This document shows positions 27,584 to 37,468 of a stretch of 64,000 nucleotides of DNA, one piece after another. The position numbers and the translations under genes are program-made. The stretch's first letter is position 1. Each line of letters opens with the position of its first letter. Under the pieces are notes generated by a model. It saw only the letters and a list, made by a program, of their open reading frames with translations, was not told the DNA's origin and made no database searches. The stretch is taken from contig CACXKR010000002.1 in the NCBI GenBank assembly GCA_902768335.1, forward strand, positions 19,465 through 83,464, read 5' to 3'. The stretch is from an uncultured Erysipelotrichaceae bacterium (GTDB lineage: Bacteria > Bacillota_I > Bacilli_A > RFN20 > CAG-826).

Positions 27584-27615
27584 AAAAGTAAGAGAGAAAA
27601 ATTGCTCTTACTTTT
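27584..27615. terminator. Second (bidirectional-looking) hairpin downstream of tRNA-Arg
   Basis: AAAAGTAAGAG-10 nt loop-CTCTTACTTTT, with T-rich tracts on both sides. Confidence 0.4.
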
Positions 27616-27694
27616 CTTATTTTTTGCTCAAATTAGATAATTTTAAGCATCAAATGGAGTTTCAAAATTGAATGTTACGCTAGCAGAAAAAAGC

Positions 27695-27728
27695 AAATAA
27701 AAAGCGAGTTTTCCAGCGGATTACTCGC
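27695..27728 (-). terminator. Terminator of tRNA-Arg(UCU)
   Basis: Reverse strand GCGAGT-13 nt-ACTCGC followed by TTTTTATTT. Confidence 0.5.
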
Positions 27729-27739
27729 ATATCTTCTAA

Positions 27740-27816
27740 TGGCGCCCTCGAAACGACTCGAACGTTCGACCCTCTGCTTAGAAGGCAGATGCTCTATCCA
27801 GCTGAGCTACGAGGGC
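27740..27816 (-). tRNA. tRNA-Arg (UCU)
   Basis: Reverse complement GCCCTCGTAGCTCAGCTGGATAGAGCATCTGCCTTCTAAGCAGAGGGTCGAACGTTCGAGTCGTTTCGAGGGCGCCA, anticodon loop CTTCTAA. Confidence 0.9.
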
Positions 27817-27825
27817 AGCAGTAAT

Positions 27826-27854
27826 AATATAGAATATAAGTCTTTAATTTTCAA
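27826..27854 (-). promoter_or_regulatory. tRNA-Arg promoter
   Basis: Reverse strand TTGAAA (27854..27849), 17-nt spacer, TATATT (27831..27826), about 10 nt before the tRNA 5' end. Confidence 0.5.
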
Positions 27855-27869
27855 TTAGATTTTGCGAGG

Positions 27870-29630
27870 TTATTGAGATAGTTTAATTTTCGCTCTTATT
27901 CGTTCAGCAACCTCTTTTGGAACATATTGAGATAATTCTTCGACTGAAGCATTTCGTAAATCATCAATATTTAGATAATGATCGCGAATAATTTGCTGAC
28001 GTTTTGGTCCAAGTCCTTCGATATCATCAAGAATAGATTTACTAAATTTCTTGCTGCGTTTTTGATGATGGAATGAGATGGCAAAACGATGAACTTCGTC
28101 TTGCATTCTTACAAGTAAGAAAAATAGCGATTTATTATCATCTAAAGAAATTACGTTTCCATCTTTATCAATTAAACCTTTAGTTTGATGTTTATCATTT
28201 TTAAATAGACCATAAACAGGAATATTTAGTTTTAGATTATTAATGACTTCCACGCCTGCATGGACTTGACCTAAACCACCATCGGTTAAGATTAAATCAG
28301 GCATTTCATCCCCATTTTCTTTTAGACGAGAATATCTTCTTGTCATCACTTCTTTCATTGAAGCGTAGTCGTCTCGTTTTTCTTTTCCTTCAATGTTATA
28401 TTTACGATACATCTTTTTTAAAGGCTCGCCGTTAATAAACACAACCATCGCTCCGACTGGAGAGTCGCCTTGGATATGAGAATTATCAAATAATTCGATG
28501 CGATATGGAGTTGGTATTGATAATCGAGCACCTAAATCTTCTAATAGAGCATTGTTATCATCGCTTAAACGAGCAGACATGAAATGGGAATCGAGAGATT
28601 GTCTAGCGTTAAGCGAAGCCATCTCGATAAGTTCGATGAGATTTCCTTTGGAAACATAATTGACTTTGACATCTAAAATATCTTTGATTTCTTCAGCAAT
28701 TTCCTTGGAATTAATGAGGATTTCGCTCGGTTTAGAATGGCTATCATAATATTGGAAAATTAAAGAAGAAATCTGTTCAGTTAAATCACCAAATTCTTCG
28801 ACAATATATGATTCTTTTCCTAAGAGGATTCCGCGGCGATACGTTAACACGGCGATGCTTAAATAACCATCTCTTGAGGTGAAACCAAAAACATCACGTG
28901 AAACATGGTCTTTATTTTCGACACCTTGTTTATCTAAAATATGAGCAATTGCATCTAAAGTAACTTTTAAATCTTGAGCTTTTTCGTATTCTTGGTTTTC
29001 GCTCGCTAAAAGCATCTTTTCTTTTAACGATTTAGCGACTTCATCATTCTTTCCTTCTAAGAAGGATTTAATATTACTAAAAAGTTCATCATTCGTCTTT
29101 TCATCGATTTTATTGATGCATGGTCCTAGGCACATGCCCATATGGTAATAAAGACATGGGGTTGAAGGAATGTTTCGACATTTTCTAGTTGGGAAAATCT
29201 TATTTAACAAATCGATGACTTTATAAGCATATGAACTAGTTGGAAATGGTCCAAAATAATAATAGTTTCTATCCTTATCATTTCTAGCAATCTTAAGATA
29301 TGGATCATTTTTCTTTTTTAAAGCAATATAAGGATAATGTTTTCCATCCTTAAGCAAGATGTTGTAACGAGGATAGTAAGTATGAATGAGATTATGTTCT
29401 AGAATGAAAGCTTCTTTATCAGTTTTAGTGATGATGGTTTCAAAATGATCGACATGCATCACCATCGCATGAACCTTTCCGGTTTGTGGCCTTAAAAAAT
29501 ATTGGCTGACGCGATTATAAAGATTTTTGGCTTTGCCAACATAGATGACTTTGTCATCTTTGTCCTTCATTAAATAGCAGCCGGGACGATGCGGAATTAG
29601 AGGTATCGCTACTTTAACTTTATCAGTCAT
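27870..29630 (-). CDS. uvrC: Excinuclease ABC subunit C
   Basis: GIY-YIG N-terminus (PGCYLMKD...VIYVGKAKNLYNRVSQYF), UvrBC-interaction and endonuclease V-like regions, HhH C-terminus. ATGA overlap with mutS2. Confidence 0.9.
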   Translation of the reverse strand: MTDKVKVAIPLIPHRPGCYLMKDKDDKVIYVGKAKNLYNRVSQYFLRPQTGKVHAMVMHVDHFETIITKTDKEAFILEHNLIHTYYPRYNILLKDGKHYPYIALKKKNDPYLKIARNDKDRNYYYFGPFPTSSYAYKVIDLLNKIFPTRKCRNIPSTPCLYYHMGMCLGPCINKIDEKTNDELFSNIKSFLEGKNDEVAKSLKEKMLLASENQEYEKAQDLKVTLDAIAHILDKQGVENKDHVSRDVFGFTSRDGYLSIAVLTYRRGILLGKESYIVEEFGDLTEQISSLIFQYYDSHSKPSEILINSKEIAEEIKDILDVKVNYVSKGNLIELIEMASLNARQSLDSHFMSARLSDDNNALLEDLGARLSIPTPYRIELFDNSHIQGDSPVGAMVVFINGEPLKKMYRKYNIEGKEKRDDYASMKEVMTRRYSRLKENGDEMPDLILTDGGLGQVHAGVEVINNLKLNIPVYGLFKNDKHQTKGLIDKDGNVISLDDNKSLFFLLVRMQDEVHRFAISFHHQKRSKKFSKSILDDIEGLGPKRQQIIRDHYLNIDDLRNASVEELSQYVPKEVAERIRAKIKLSQ

Positions 29631-31936
29631 TTAAGTTTTACAATTGTCGCTCCTGATAAGCCATCAAATTGTCCTCCAAGATGATATTCTTCCACGAATG
29701 AACATTTATCTAAATATTCGTGTACCGCTTGACGTAACGCTCCACTACCCATTCCATGGATGATTCTAACTTCTTTAAAGTTTCTTAATCTAGCATCATC
29801 AAGATATTTCGATAGTTTAGCGATACCTTCATCGATATGTTCGCCAATGATATTTAATTCCATTTTGACATTAGATTTATAGTTAACGAGTTCATCAACG
29901 TTTGTTTTAGTTTTTTTAACACCTTTAGGAGCTTCGGTTTTTGTGATGCTATCTAAACTAGTTTTATAAGTCATTCCTTCTTCAGAAATAATATCGACTT
30001 TATTCTTGTTTATTCTCACTACTTTTCCCGTTATTCCTAAAGATTCGATTCTAACGTAATCGCCTAAAGATATCTCTTCAATTTCTTTATTTTCTTCCTC
30101 TTCATCAAAGAGGTGATCTAATTGTTGTTTTACTTTCAGTAAATCGGAAACTTTTGTGTTGGGATTGTTCTTGTTTCTAATAATTTTATCGATTTCTTTT
30201 TTAGCATCTTTGATTAACTGCTCTTTTATTTCATCGACATCTTCTAAAAGATTGTCTCTTTTTTCTTGAAGGACTTTGGCTTGATGCTTTAAATCCTTTT
30301 CCTTGATTTCAATTTGACGGGTTTTTTCTTTAAGATTATTTTCAAGGAGTTCGTTTTCACGTAGAGTAGCGTTGAGCTTTTCTAAAACATCATTCACACC
30401 TTTTGTGGATGATTTTTGTAAATATTTCTTTGAATCTTCTATTACTTTAGCGTCTAATCGATATCGCTTAGCCATCTCTAAACCATAACTTCTTCCGGGA
30501 TAGCCAATTTTTAAAACATAGGTCGGTTCAAGTTTCTTTTCATCAAAAACCATCATGGCGTTTTGAACTGCTTTTTGACGATACGGATATTCTTTCATCG
30601 CTTCATAATGTGAAGAAATAAAGGCAAAGCAATTCTTTTTAACAAGGAAATCAGAGATCGCTAACGCTAAAGAAGAACCTTCGTTTGGTGAAGTTCCTGT
30701 TCCGAGTTCATCAAGGAGCACCAAATCGTCTTCTTTAACAAAATGGGTAATCGTTGAAAGGTTTGAAACATGAGCAGCAAAGGTCGAAAGATTATCACTT
30801 AAGGATTGATTATCACCAATATCAGCGTAAATTTTTGGAAAATAAGATAATTTTGCCTTAGAAATAGTTGGAATCGCTAGTCCCATTTGATTCATCATTA
30901 CTAATATTCCAAGCGTTTTTAAGGCGACTGTTTTACCACCAGCGTTTGGTCCAGAAATGATAACGATGCGATTATCCTTATCAAAATAGAAATCATTCGC
31001 GACAACCTTGCTTTGATCTAGAAGAGGATGACGAGCCTTTTTTAAATCGATAATTGGCTCATCACTTATTTCAGAAACAAAAGATTTATATTTATTAGAA
31101 TAATGGGCTTTTGCGGCAATATAATCGAATTCTGCGAGGATTTTGTTGTTTGATTCAATCTCACTAGAATGCTTTTTAACTAGTAAAGATAATTCTTTTA
31201 ATAAACGATAAATTTCTTCTTGTTCATCAACTTTTAATGCGTAAATTTGATTTGATAAATTCACCATTGATGATGGTTCAATAAATGTTGTTTGACCAGA
31301 GCTAGAAAAGTCATGAATGATTCCGTTTATTTTGTTTTTATAGGAAGTTTTAACAGGAAGAACAAAATGCCCGTTTCTAATTGAAATGGAATTCTCGCTT
31401 AAGTATTCGTGATACTTTTGAATTAATTCATTAGAAGAGGCTCTCACTTCTTGCTCTTTTTTAATGATTTCTTTTCGAATTGAAGATAGTTTAGGAGAGG
31501 CATCATCAGAAATAGATAAATTAGGTAAAACTATTTTGCGGATTTTCTTTTCTAGTTCAGATAAATCAAATAATGATTCACCAAGTTTTTGAAGATTGAA
31601 ATATTTGGTTTTATCAATTTTAGAAAATTGTTTATAGATTTTATTAGCCGACTCGATGTCCCCTGCTACTTTATCTAAATCAGATGGAGTTAAAACACCT
31701 TCTTTTATAGCGGATTCAATAATCGGTTTTAGATTTGATGAAGATGAAAACGAGATATCGCCAAACCTTAAGATATAACTCATCATTTCGTCTAAGAGAG
31801 TTAGATCATGAATCGCCACTTCCTTAGGAAGCATCTTCAAAGAAAGAATCTTTTCTCGCGCAATTTCGGAGCGAGAATAGGAAGCTACTTCCTCTAAGAC
31901 TTTCGCGATTTCTAATGTTTGGTAGACATCAAGCAT
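29627..31936 (-). CDS. mutS2: Endonuclease MutS2
   Basis: Walker A GPNAGGKTVALKTLG, coiled-coil region, C-terminal Smr domain (RIIHGMGSGALRQAV). Confidence 0.9.
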   Translation of the reverse strand: MLDVYQTLEIAKVLEEVASYSRSEIAREKILSLKMLPKEVAIHDLTLLDEMMSYILRFGDISFSSSSNLKPIIESAIKEGVLTPSDLDKVAGDIESANKIYKQFSKIDKTKYFNLQKLGESLFDLSELEKKIRKIVLPNLSISDDASPKLSSIRKEIIKKEQEVRASSNELIQKYHEYLSENSISIRNGHFVLPVKTSYKNKINGIIHDFSSSGQTTFIEPSSMVNLSNQIYALKVDEQEEIYRLLKELSLLVKKHSSEIESNNKILAEFDYIAAKAHYSNKYKSFVSEISDEPIIDLKKARHPLLDQSKVVANDFYFDKDNRIVIISGPNAGGKTVALKTLGILVMMNQMGLAIPTISKAKLSYFPKIYADIGDNQSLSDNLSTFAAHVSNLSTITHFVKEDDLVLLDELGTGTSPNEGSSLALAISDFLVKKNCFAFISSHYEAMKEYPYRQKAVQNAMMVFDEKKLEPTYVLKIGYPGRSYGLEMAKRYRLDAKVIEDSKKYLQKSSTKGVNDVLEKLNATLRENELLENNLKEKTRQIEIKEKDLKHQAKVLQEKRDNLLEDVDEIKEQLIKDAKKEIDKIIRNKNNPNTKVSDLLKVKQQLDHLFDEEEENKEIEEISLGDYVRIESLGITGKVVRINKNKVDIISEEGMTYKTSLDSITKTEAPKGVKKTKTNVDELVNYKSNVKMELNIIGEHIDEGIAKLSKYLDDARLRNFKEVRIIHGMGSGALRQAVHEYLDKCSFVEEYHLGGQFDGLSGATIVKLK

Positions 31937-31942
31937 AAAATT

Positions 31943-31951
31943 ATATTAACA
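31943..31951 (-). promoter_or_regulatory. Extended -10 placed for a leaderless mutS2-uvrC transcript
   Basis: Reverse strand TGtTAATAT, 6 nt (aatttt), ATG 31936. No SD. Confidence 0.4.
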
Positions 31952-32077
31952 CGAAAAGATATATCTTTGTTATGAAATATCAACACTTAGATAATAAAAA
32001 TTTTTCTATTCTCAACAAATTTTCAAAATTCGTCAGTATATATTTAATAGAAAGGTTGAACATTAATTTGTTCATTA

Positions 32078-32086
32078 TGGTAAAAT
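32078..32086 (+). promoter_or_regulatory. Extended -10 placed for a leaderless rnhC transcript
   Basis: TGgTAAAAT, 6 nt (ttaaac), ATG 32093. TTGAAC lies 19 nt upstream. No SD. Confidence 0.4.
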
Positions 32087-32092
32087 TTAAAC

Positions 32093-33004
32093 ATGGCAAT
32101 TAGAGTCAGTATCGTCATTGACGAAACAACAAAAAACAAGATTATTTCTTCTTATGATGTCTATCAAAGAGATAACAAAGGAGAATATATTGTTTTCTTT
32201 GCGAAAAGACCAGATTTGGTCGTCACAATTTATTCATCTAAAAAAGAAGGTGAATACAAAGCATTATTTATTGGAGATAACGCCTTAGAAGAAGCTAGGA
32301 CATTTGATCCAAACGCGGATGTAAAAGAAAAGAAAGATAAAATCACTAAAGCAAGATGGATTTGCTTAGATGATCAAATCGGCTCAGATGAAGTGGGCAC
32401 TGGTGATTTCTTTGGTCCAATCTGTGTCTGCGCAGCTTATGTCTCAAAAGACAAAATCGAGTACCTTAAGAAATTAGGTGTCGACGATTCGAAGCGACTT
32501 GATGATGAAAAAATTAAAAAGATCGCTAAAGAATTAATTAAAACTATTCCTTATTCCCAAGTTTCACTTGGAAATGAGAAATATAACGAACTCGTTTCAA
32601 AGAAAATGAACATGAACGAGATGAAAGTCAAACTTCATAACCAAGTTCTTCTTAATCTAAAAAAGAAATATCCAAACACAAAGAATTTCTTTGTTGACGA
32701 ATTTACTCCGAAAGAGAATTATTACGATTATCTAAAGCAAACTGAAGAAGTCGTTAATGAAGTTAACTTCAAAACTAAAGGAGAATCATATTTCCCTTGC
32801 GTCGCTGTTGGCAGCATTATCGCTCGATACTCTTTCCTTCAAAAAATGGAAGCGATGCAGAAAAAATATAAAATGGAATTCCCATTTGGAAGTTCAAAGA
32901 AAGTCGATGCTTTCGTACAAGAATTTATAAAAAAATTCGGTAAAACCGAATTGCTCAAAGTTTGTAAATCAAATTTTGTTAATTATAAAAACTTATCTGA
33001 GTGA
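32093..33004 (+). CDS. rnhC: Ribonuclease HIII
   Basis: N-terminal DUF3378-like domain, then GSDEVGTGDFFGPICV catalytic motif and the RNase HII/HIII fold. Confidence 0.85.
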   Translation: MAIRVSIVIDETTKNKIISSYDVYQRDNKGEYIVFFAKRPDLVVTIYSSKKEGEYKALFIGDNALEEARTFDPNADVKEKKDKITKARWICLDDQIGSDEVGTGDFFGPICVCAAYVSKDKIEYLKKLGVDDSKRLDDEKIKKIAKELIKTIPYSQVSLGNEKYNELVSKKMNMNEMKVKLHNQVLLNLKKKYPNTKNFFVDEFTPKENYYDYLKQTEEVVNEVNFKTKGESYFPCVAVGSIIARYSFLQKMEAMQKKYKMEFPFGSSKKVDAFVQEFIKKFGKTELLKVCKSNFVNYKNLSE

Positions 33005-33934
33005 ATTAAGAACATCTAAAAAATATTTAGGAAGTGGTACTGAAAATTCCATTTCCTTTTTTGTTCTTGGATGGATGAAATGAATCTTATAGGCAAATAA
33101 TAATTGCCCATCATCATATAATTTGCGGTTTCCTTTTCCGTATAAAGGATCACCAATAACAGGATGAGAAATATAATTCATATGCACTCTAATTTGATGA
33201 GTTCGTCCAGTCTTAAGTGCACAATCAACTAGTGTTGCATTCGCAAATCTTTCACAAACTTTAAAATAAGTCTCAGCGTATTTTCCGTCCTTTAGGTCCA
33301 CTGCCATTTTTTGGCGATACCTATCATCTCTTCCTATTGGGGCGATAATTTTGCCTTCGTTTTCACTGATAACACCTAAAACTAGAGCATAATAGTTTCT
33401 ACCAAGTGTGTGATCGGATAATTGATTCGCTAAAAAAGAATGTGCTTCGTCGTTTTTAGCAACAATCATTAAACCACCAGTATCTTTGTCTAAACGATGA
33501 ACTATTCCAGGGCGATATTCGCCGCCTAAGCTTGATAAGGAATCACTATGATATTTCAGAGCATTTGCTAAAGTATGGCTAAAATTACCAGCGCCCGGAT
33601 GAACAACTAAACCTTTAGGCTTATTAATGACGATTAAATCATCATCTTCATAAACAATATCAAGTGAAATGTTTTCAGCTTCTAAATCGTAAGTTTCGTT
33701 AGGAAAATCATTGATGGTGATTTCGTCACCTTCTTTAAGTTTATATGAAGAGCGTTCCTTTTTAGCGTTCACCAAAATATAACCTCCATCAATATAGTCT
33801 TGTATCTTACTTCTAGAAGTAGATGTTAGTAATATTGATAAGGCTTTATCTAAACGAGTTCCTGCTAAATTATTACTTATCTTTTCCTTCTTCATTTTGT
33901 TGCTTTTTTTCAAGTTCTTTTGGAGCAATATCAT
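32993..33934 (-). CDS. rluD: 23S rRNA pseudouridine synthase, RluD subfamily (start 33934 or 33895)
   Basis: S4 domain (RLDKAL...), HRLDKDTGGLM catalytic motif, TGRTHQIRVH. Confidence 0.85.
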   Translation of the reverse strand: MILLQKNLKKSNKMKKEKISNNLAGTRLDKALSILLTSTSRSKIQDYIDGGYILVNAKKERSSYKLKEGDEITINDFPNETYDLEAENISLDIVYEDDDLIVINKPKGLVVHPGAGNFSHTLANALKYHSDSLSSLGGEYRPGIVHRLDKDTGGLMIVAKNDEAHSFLANQLSDHTLGRNYYALVLGVISENEGKIIAPIGRDDRYRQKMAVDLKDGKYAETYFKVCERFANATLVDCALKTGRTHQIRVHMNYISHPVIGDPLYGKGNRKLYDDGQLLFAYKIHFIHPRTKKEMEFSVPLPKYFLDVLNSLR

Positions 33935-34505
33935 ATTCTCCGCGTTTATCTTTTTCTCTAACTTCTTTAATAAGATTAATTATCTCAACAAGAACAAGAA
34001 TTAAAACCCCGATAACTAAGCAAGCGTCGGCGATGTTAAAGATTGCAAAATCGATACTACCAAAATGGAAATCAATCCAGTCGATAACAGCATCAAAACC
34101 AACGGTGGACTGCCAATAAAATGTGCGGTCAATTAGATTGCCGAACGCCCCGCCAATCATGAGGGCTAAAGCGATTCTTTGAGTGTAAGAAAATTTCTTA
34201 AAATATTTAGCGAATACAAAGATAATCGCACCAGTTAGAACAAATGAGATAATAATCCAGAATATTCTCCAACCAAGTTCACCGCTGCTACCAATTCCAA
34301 AGGAAGCACCTGTGTTATGAATAAGAGTTATATAAAGGAAATTATCAATCAAAGTTACTGAATTATGATCATAAACCAAATTATTTTGAACGACCCATTT
34401 AGTAACGATGTCGACAATAAAAACTAAAACAGCGATCCATGCAAAGGAGTGAAAAATATTAAGTAAACCTTCTTTAGAAAACCATTTCCTACAAAAATCT
34501 TTCAT
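33873..34505 (-). CDS. lspA: Lipoprotein signal peptidase II (210 aa from ATG 34505)
   Basis: NTGASFG and FNIAD motifs. GGAG SD 6 nt before ATG 34505. The ORF-track start 34541 would overlap ileS. Confidence 0.85.
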   Translation of the reverse strand: MKDFCRKWFSKEGLLNIFHSFAWIAVLVFIVDIVTKWVVQNNLVYDHNSVTLIDNFLYITLIHNTGASFGIGSSGELGWRIFWIIISFVLTGAIIFVFAKYFKKFSYTQRIALALMIGGAFGNLIDRTFYWQSTVGFDAVIDWIDFHFGSIDFAIFNIADACLVIGVLILVLVEIINLIKEVREKDKRGEYDIAPKELEKKQQNEEGKDK

Positions 34506-34516
34506 AGAGTTCTCCT

Positions 34517-37225
34517 TTATTTGCTTAATACTTCGTGACATCTCTTGCAGACTTTTGTCTCGCCATCGATATCATAAAGTTTATCGACATAATTCCAACA
34601 TCTTGGGCATTTCTCAGCATCAATATGATGAACTTCTACAGCGTTTTTATCACTTAATTCAACTTTTGAAACGATTAAAAGTCTCGCTAATTCTTCGATA
34701 TTTTTATCTAAACCAAGTTTTTCTAATAATTTAGATTTTGGAAGAATAACCAAAGCTTCTTGGGAAGAACCAACAACACCTTGGACGCGGACTTGTTCAA
34801 TTTCTTTATTAACAGCATCACGAAGGACTTTGAATTCTTCATAGTCTTTTAAAACATCTTTAGCGTATTCACTTGATTTAGTTGGATAAGCTAAAAGCTG
34901 CGCGGATTTGCCGTTATAATCTGGCATATTGACGTGAACTTCTTCCATTGTAAATGGGAGAATTGGGGTTAATAGTCTAAACAAAGTTGAACTAACCTCA
35001 TAGATGACAGTTTGCATTTGTCTTCTTCGAAGTGAGTTTTGTCCTGAACAATATAAGACATCTTTTGCGATATCGAGATAGAAGCTAGATAAGTCGGTAG
35101 ACATGAATGTCATAATTTTTGACATTCCAACCATGAAATCATATTTATCAAGCGAATCGATAACTGTGTTCTTAACATCTTCAAGAGTTGCTAAGATAAA
35201 ATTATCAACCGCTTCAAATTTGCTGACTTTATCTTTCTTAGGATCGAAATCAGAAAGGTTTCCTAATAAGAATTTAAAGGTATTGCGAATCTTACGATAT
35301 TGCTCGGCTACTTGACGAAGCAAATTCTCAGAGATTCGAACATCTTGTTGATAATTAACTGTTGAAACCCATAAACGAAGGATATCAGCGCCGAAGATGT
35401 TACACATCTTAAGTGGGTCGACACCATTTCCTTTGGATTTATGCATTTGTTCACCTTTTTCATCTAAAACCCAGCCATGGGAAACAACTGATTTATAAGG
35501 TGCCTGATCATGAATTGCAGTTGAAACTGTTAAAGAGGAGTTAAACCAACCACGATATTGGTCACTACCTTCTAAATAAAGTTCGCTTGGGAACATCTTT
35601 TGACGATTGATTAAAACTTCATCAAATGATGAACCGGAGTCAAACCAGACATCCATGATATCTTTTTCTTTAGTGAATTCTCCATTAGGAGAAGCAGGAT
35701 TTTTATATCCTTCAGGTAGGAAATATTTAGCGTCTTTTTCATACCAAATATCTGAACCATGTTCTCTAAAGATTTTTTCAATATTATCAAAGACAACTTT
35801 TTCAATAATTGGAGAGTCATCTTCGTTATAGATTATTGGAATTGGGACGCCCCAAATACGTTGTCTAGAGATACACCAGTCAGTGCGATCTTTGATCATG
35901 TTGGACATTCTTTCTTTGCCCCAGGAAGGAACCCATTTTACTTTATCAACTTCTTTAAGAAGTTCGTCTTTAATCTTAGCAATTGAACAGAACCATTGTG
36001 GTGTCGCTCTAAAGATTAAAGGTTTACCTGTTCTCCAATCGTGAGGATAAGAGTGAACGATTTCATCGCATTTAAGAAGTGAACCATTATTTGTAATGAT
36101 GTCTAAAACAACTTTATTAGCGTCTTCATAGAAAAGTCCTGCAAGTTGTTCACCAGCGTCGCTAGTTAGACGACCATTTGAATCTACTGGGCAGTAAGGT
36201 TTGATACCGTATTTAGCACACACTGTAAAGTCGTCGACACCATGTCCAGGAGCGGTATGGACTAAGCCAGTACCGGATTCATTTGTAACGTGTTCGCCGA
36301 CAATGAGAATAGATTCACGATCATAAAATGGATGTTTGGCTTTAACAAATTCAAGATCTTGACCTTTGAATGTTTTGATTAATTCAAAAGTTTTTAAGCC
36401 GAGTTCTTCTTTAAGACGTTCACCGAATTCTTCAAGAAGAATTAAGTCTCCTTTTTCAGTGTGATATAAACCATAGACGAAACGAGGATGAACCGAGATA
36501 GCTAAGTTAGCAGGAAGAGTCCATGGAGTTGTTGTCCAAATAACCGCTTTTGAGCCATTAGGCACCACTCCTTTTCCATCGATGATATCGAAAGCAACAT
36601 AGATGGCGTAGCTCTTAACATCTTTATATTCGATCTCAGCTTCTGCTAAAGCAGATTCACTAGACCAACTCCAATAAACAGGTTTAAGTCCTTTGTAGAT
36701 TAAGCCTCTAAGAGCCATCTTAGCAAATACGCTGATTTGGTTAGCTTCGAAACTATTTTGCAAAGTGAGATAAGCATTATCATAATCACCTAAAACGCCA
36801 AGACGAACGATTTGTTCTTTTTGATGGGCAACTTGTTTTAAAGCGTATTCACGACATTTTTGTCTAAATTCACTAGTTGGAGTTGTTTTACGATTAACTC
36901 CACCTTTAATAACTTGGTTTTCAATTGGTAAACCATGTGTATCAAAACCAAATATAAATGGAACATAATGTCCTTCCATACTTTTGGTGCGAACAATGAA
37001 ATCTTTAAGGATTCTATTAAGCATATGGCCGCAGTGAATATCACCGTTAGCATATGGAGGACCATCGTGAAAAGCGAATGGTTTATCATCCTTATGAACT
37101 TTTAAAAGTTCTTCGTAGAGTTTTTCATCTTGCCACTTCTTGACTAAGACAGGTTCTTTTTGATTAAGATTTCCTCTCATTTCAAAGTTTGTTTTAGGCA
37201 TTAATAATGTGTTTTTAAGTTCCAT
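34517..37225 (-). CDS. ileS: Isoleucyl-tRNA synthetase
   Basis: HCGH (HIGH-class) and KMHKSKGN (KMSKS-class) motifs, CP1 editing domain, C-terminal zinc-binding CPRC...CKRC. Confidence 0.95.
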   Translation of the reverse strand: MELKNTLLMPKTNFEMRGNLNQKEPVLVKKWQDEKLYEELLKVHKDDKPFAFHDGPPYANGDIHCGHMLNRILKDFIVRTKSMEGHYVPFIFGFDTHGLPIENQVIKGGVNRKTTPTSEFRQKCREYALKQVAHQKEQIVRLGVLGDYDNAYLTLQNSFEANQISVFAKMALRGLIYKGLKPVYWSWSSESALAEAEIEYKDVKSYAIYVAFDIIDGKGVVPNGSKAVIWTTTPWTLPANLAISVHPRFVYGLYHTEKGDLILLEEFGERLKEELGLKTFELIKTFKGQDLEFVKAKHPFYDRESILIVGEHVTNESGTGLVHTAPGHGVDDFTVCAKYGIKPYCPVDSNGRLTSDAGEQLAGLFYEDANKVVLDIITNNGSLLKCDEIVHSYPHDWRTGKPLIFRATPQWFCSIAKIKDELLKEVDKVKWVPSWGKERMSNMIKDRTDWCISRQRIWGVPIPIIYNEDDSPIIEKVVFDNIEKIFREHGSDIWYEKDAKYFLPEGYKNPASPNGEFTKEKDIMDVWFDSGSSFDEVLINRQKMFPSELYLEGSDQYRGWFNSSLTVSTAIHDQAPYKSVVSHGWVLDEKGEQMHKSKGNGVDPLKMCNIFGADILRLWVSTVNYQQDVRISENLLRQVAEQYRKIRNTFKFLLGNLSDFDPKKDKVSKFEAVDNFILATLEDVKNTVIDSLDKYDFMVGMSKIMTFMSTDLSSFYLDIAKDVLYCSGQNSLRRRQMQTVIYEVSSTLFRLLTPILPFTMEEVHVNMPDYNGKSAQLLAYPTKSSEYAKDVLKDYEEFKVLRDAVNKEIEQVRVQGVVGSSQEALVILPKSKLLEKLGLDKNIEELARLLIVSKVELSDKNAVEVHHIDAEKCPRCWNYVDKLYDIDGETKVCKRCHEVLSK

Positions 37226-37440
37226 TTTGTTTACCTCTTTTCCATATAAAAAGCGCCCAATTTAAGGACGCTATTAGCGCGGTACCACCTTAATTCTATA
37301 ACATAGTTATAGCGCTCGAGATCTTTAACGCAGATATACGGCTTGCTTACTCTTAGTTCAGCTCGCTTCAATAATAGGGATAATAATTAGGACAGACGCT
37401 AACCTTCCACCATCGTTAGCTCGCTAAGGAATGTTTATCT
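37226..37440 (-). promoter_or_regulatory. T-box riboswitch leader of ileS
   Basis: On the reverse strand: AG-bulge/distal-loop-like AGCGAG..GATGGTGGAAGG. Stem III CTATAAC-tat-GTTATAG. T-box sequence AATTAAGGTGGTACCGCGC (37277..37291 region). Terminator AGCGTCC-ttaaatt-GGGCGCT + TTTTTAT (37246..37272). Confidence 0.8.
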
Positions 37441-37468
37441 AATTACCGTGTCTATTAGTTTTAATAAA

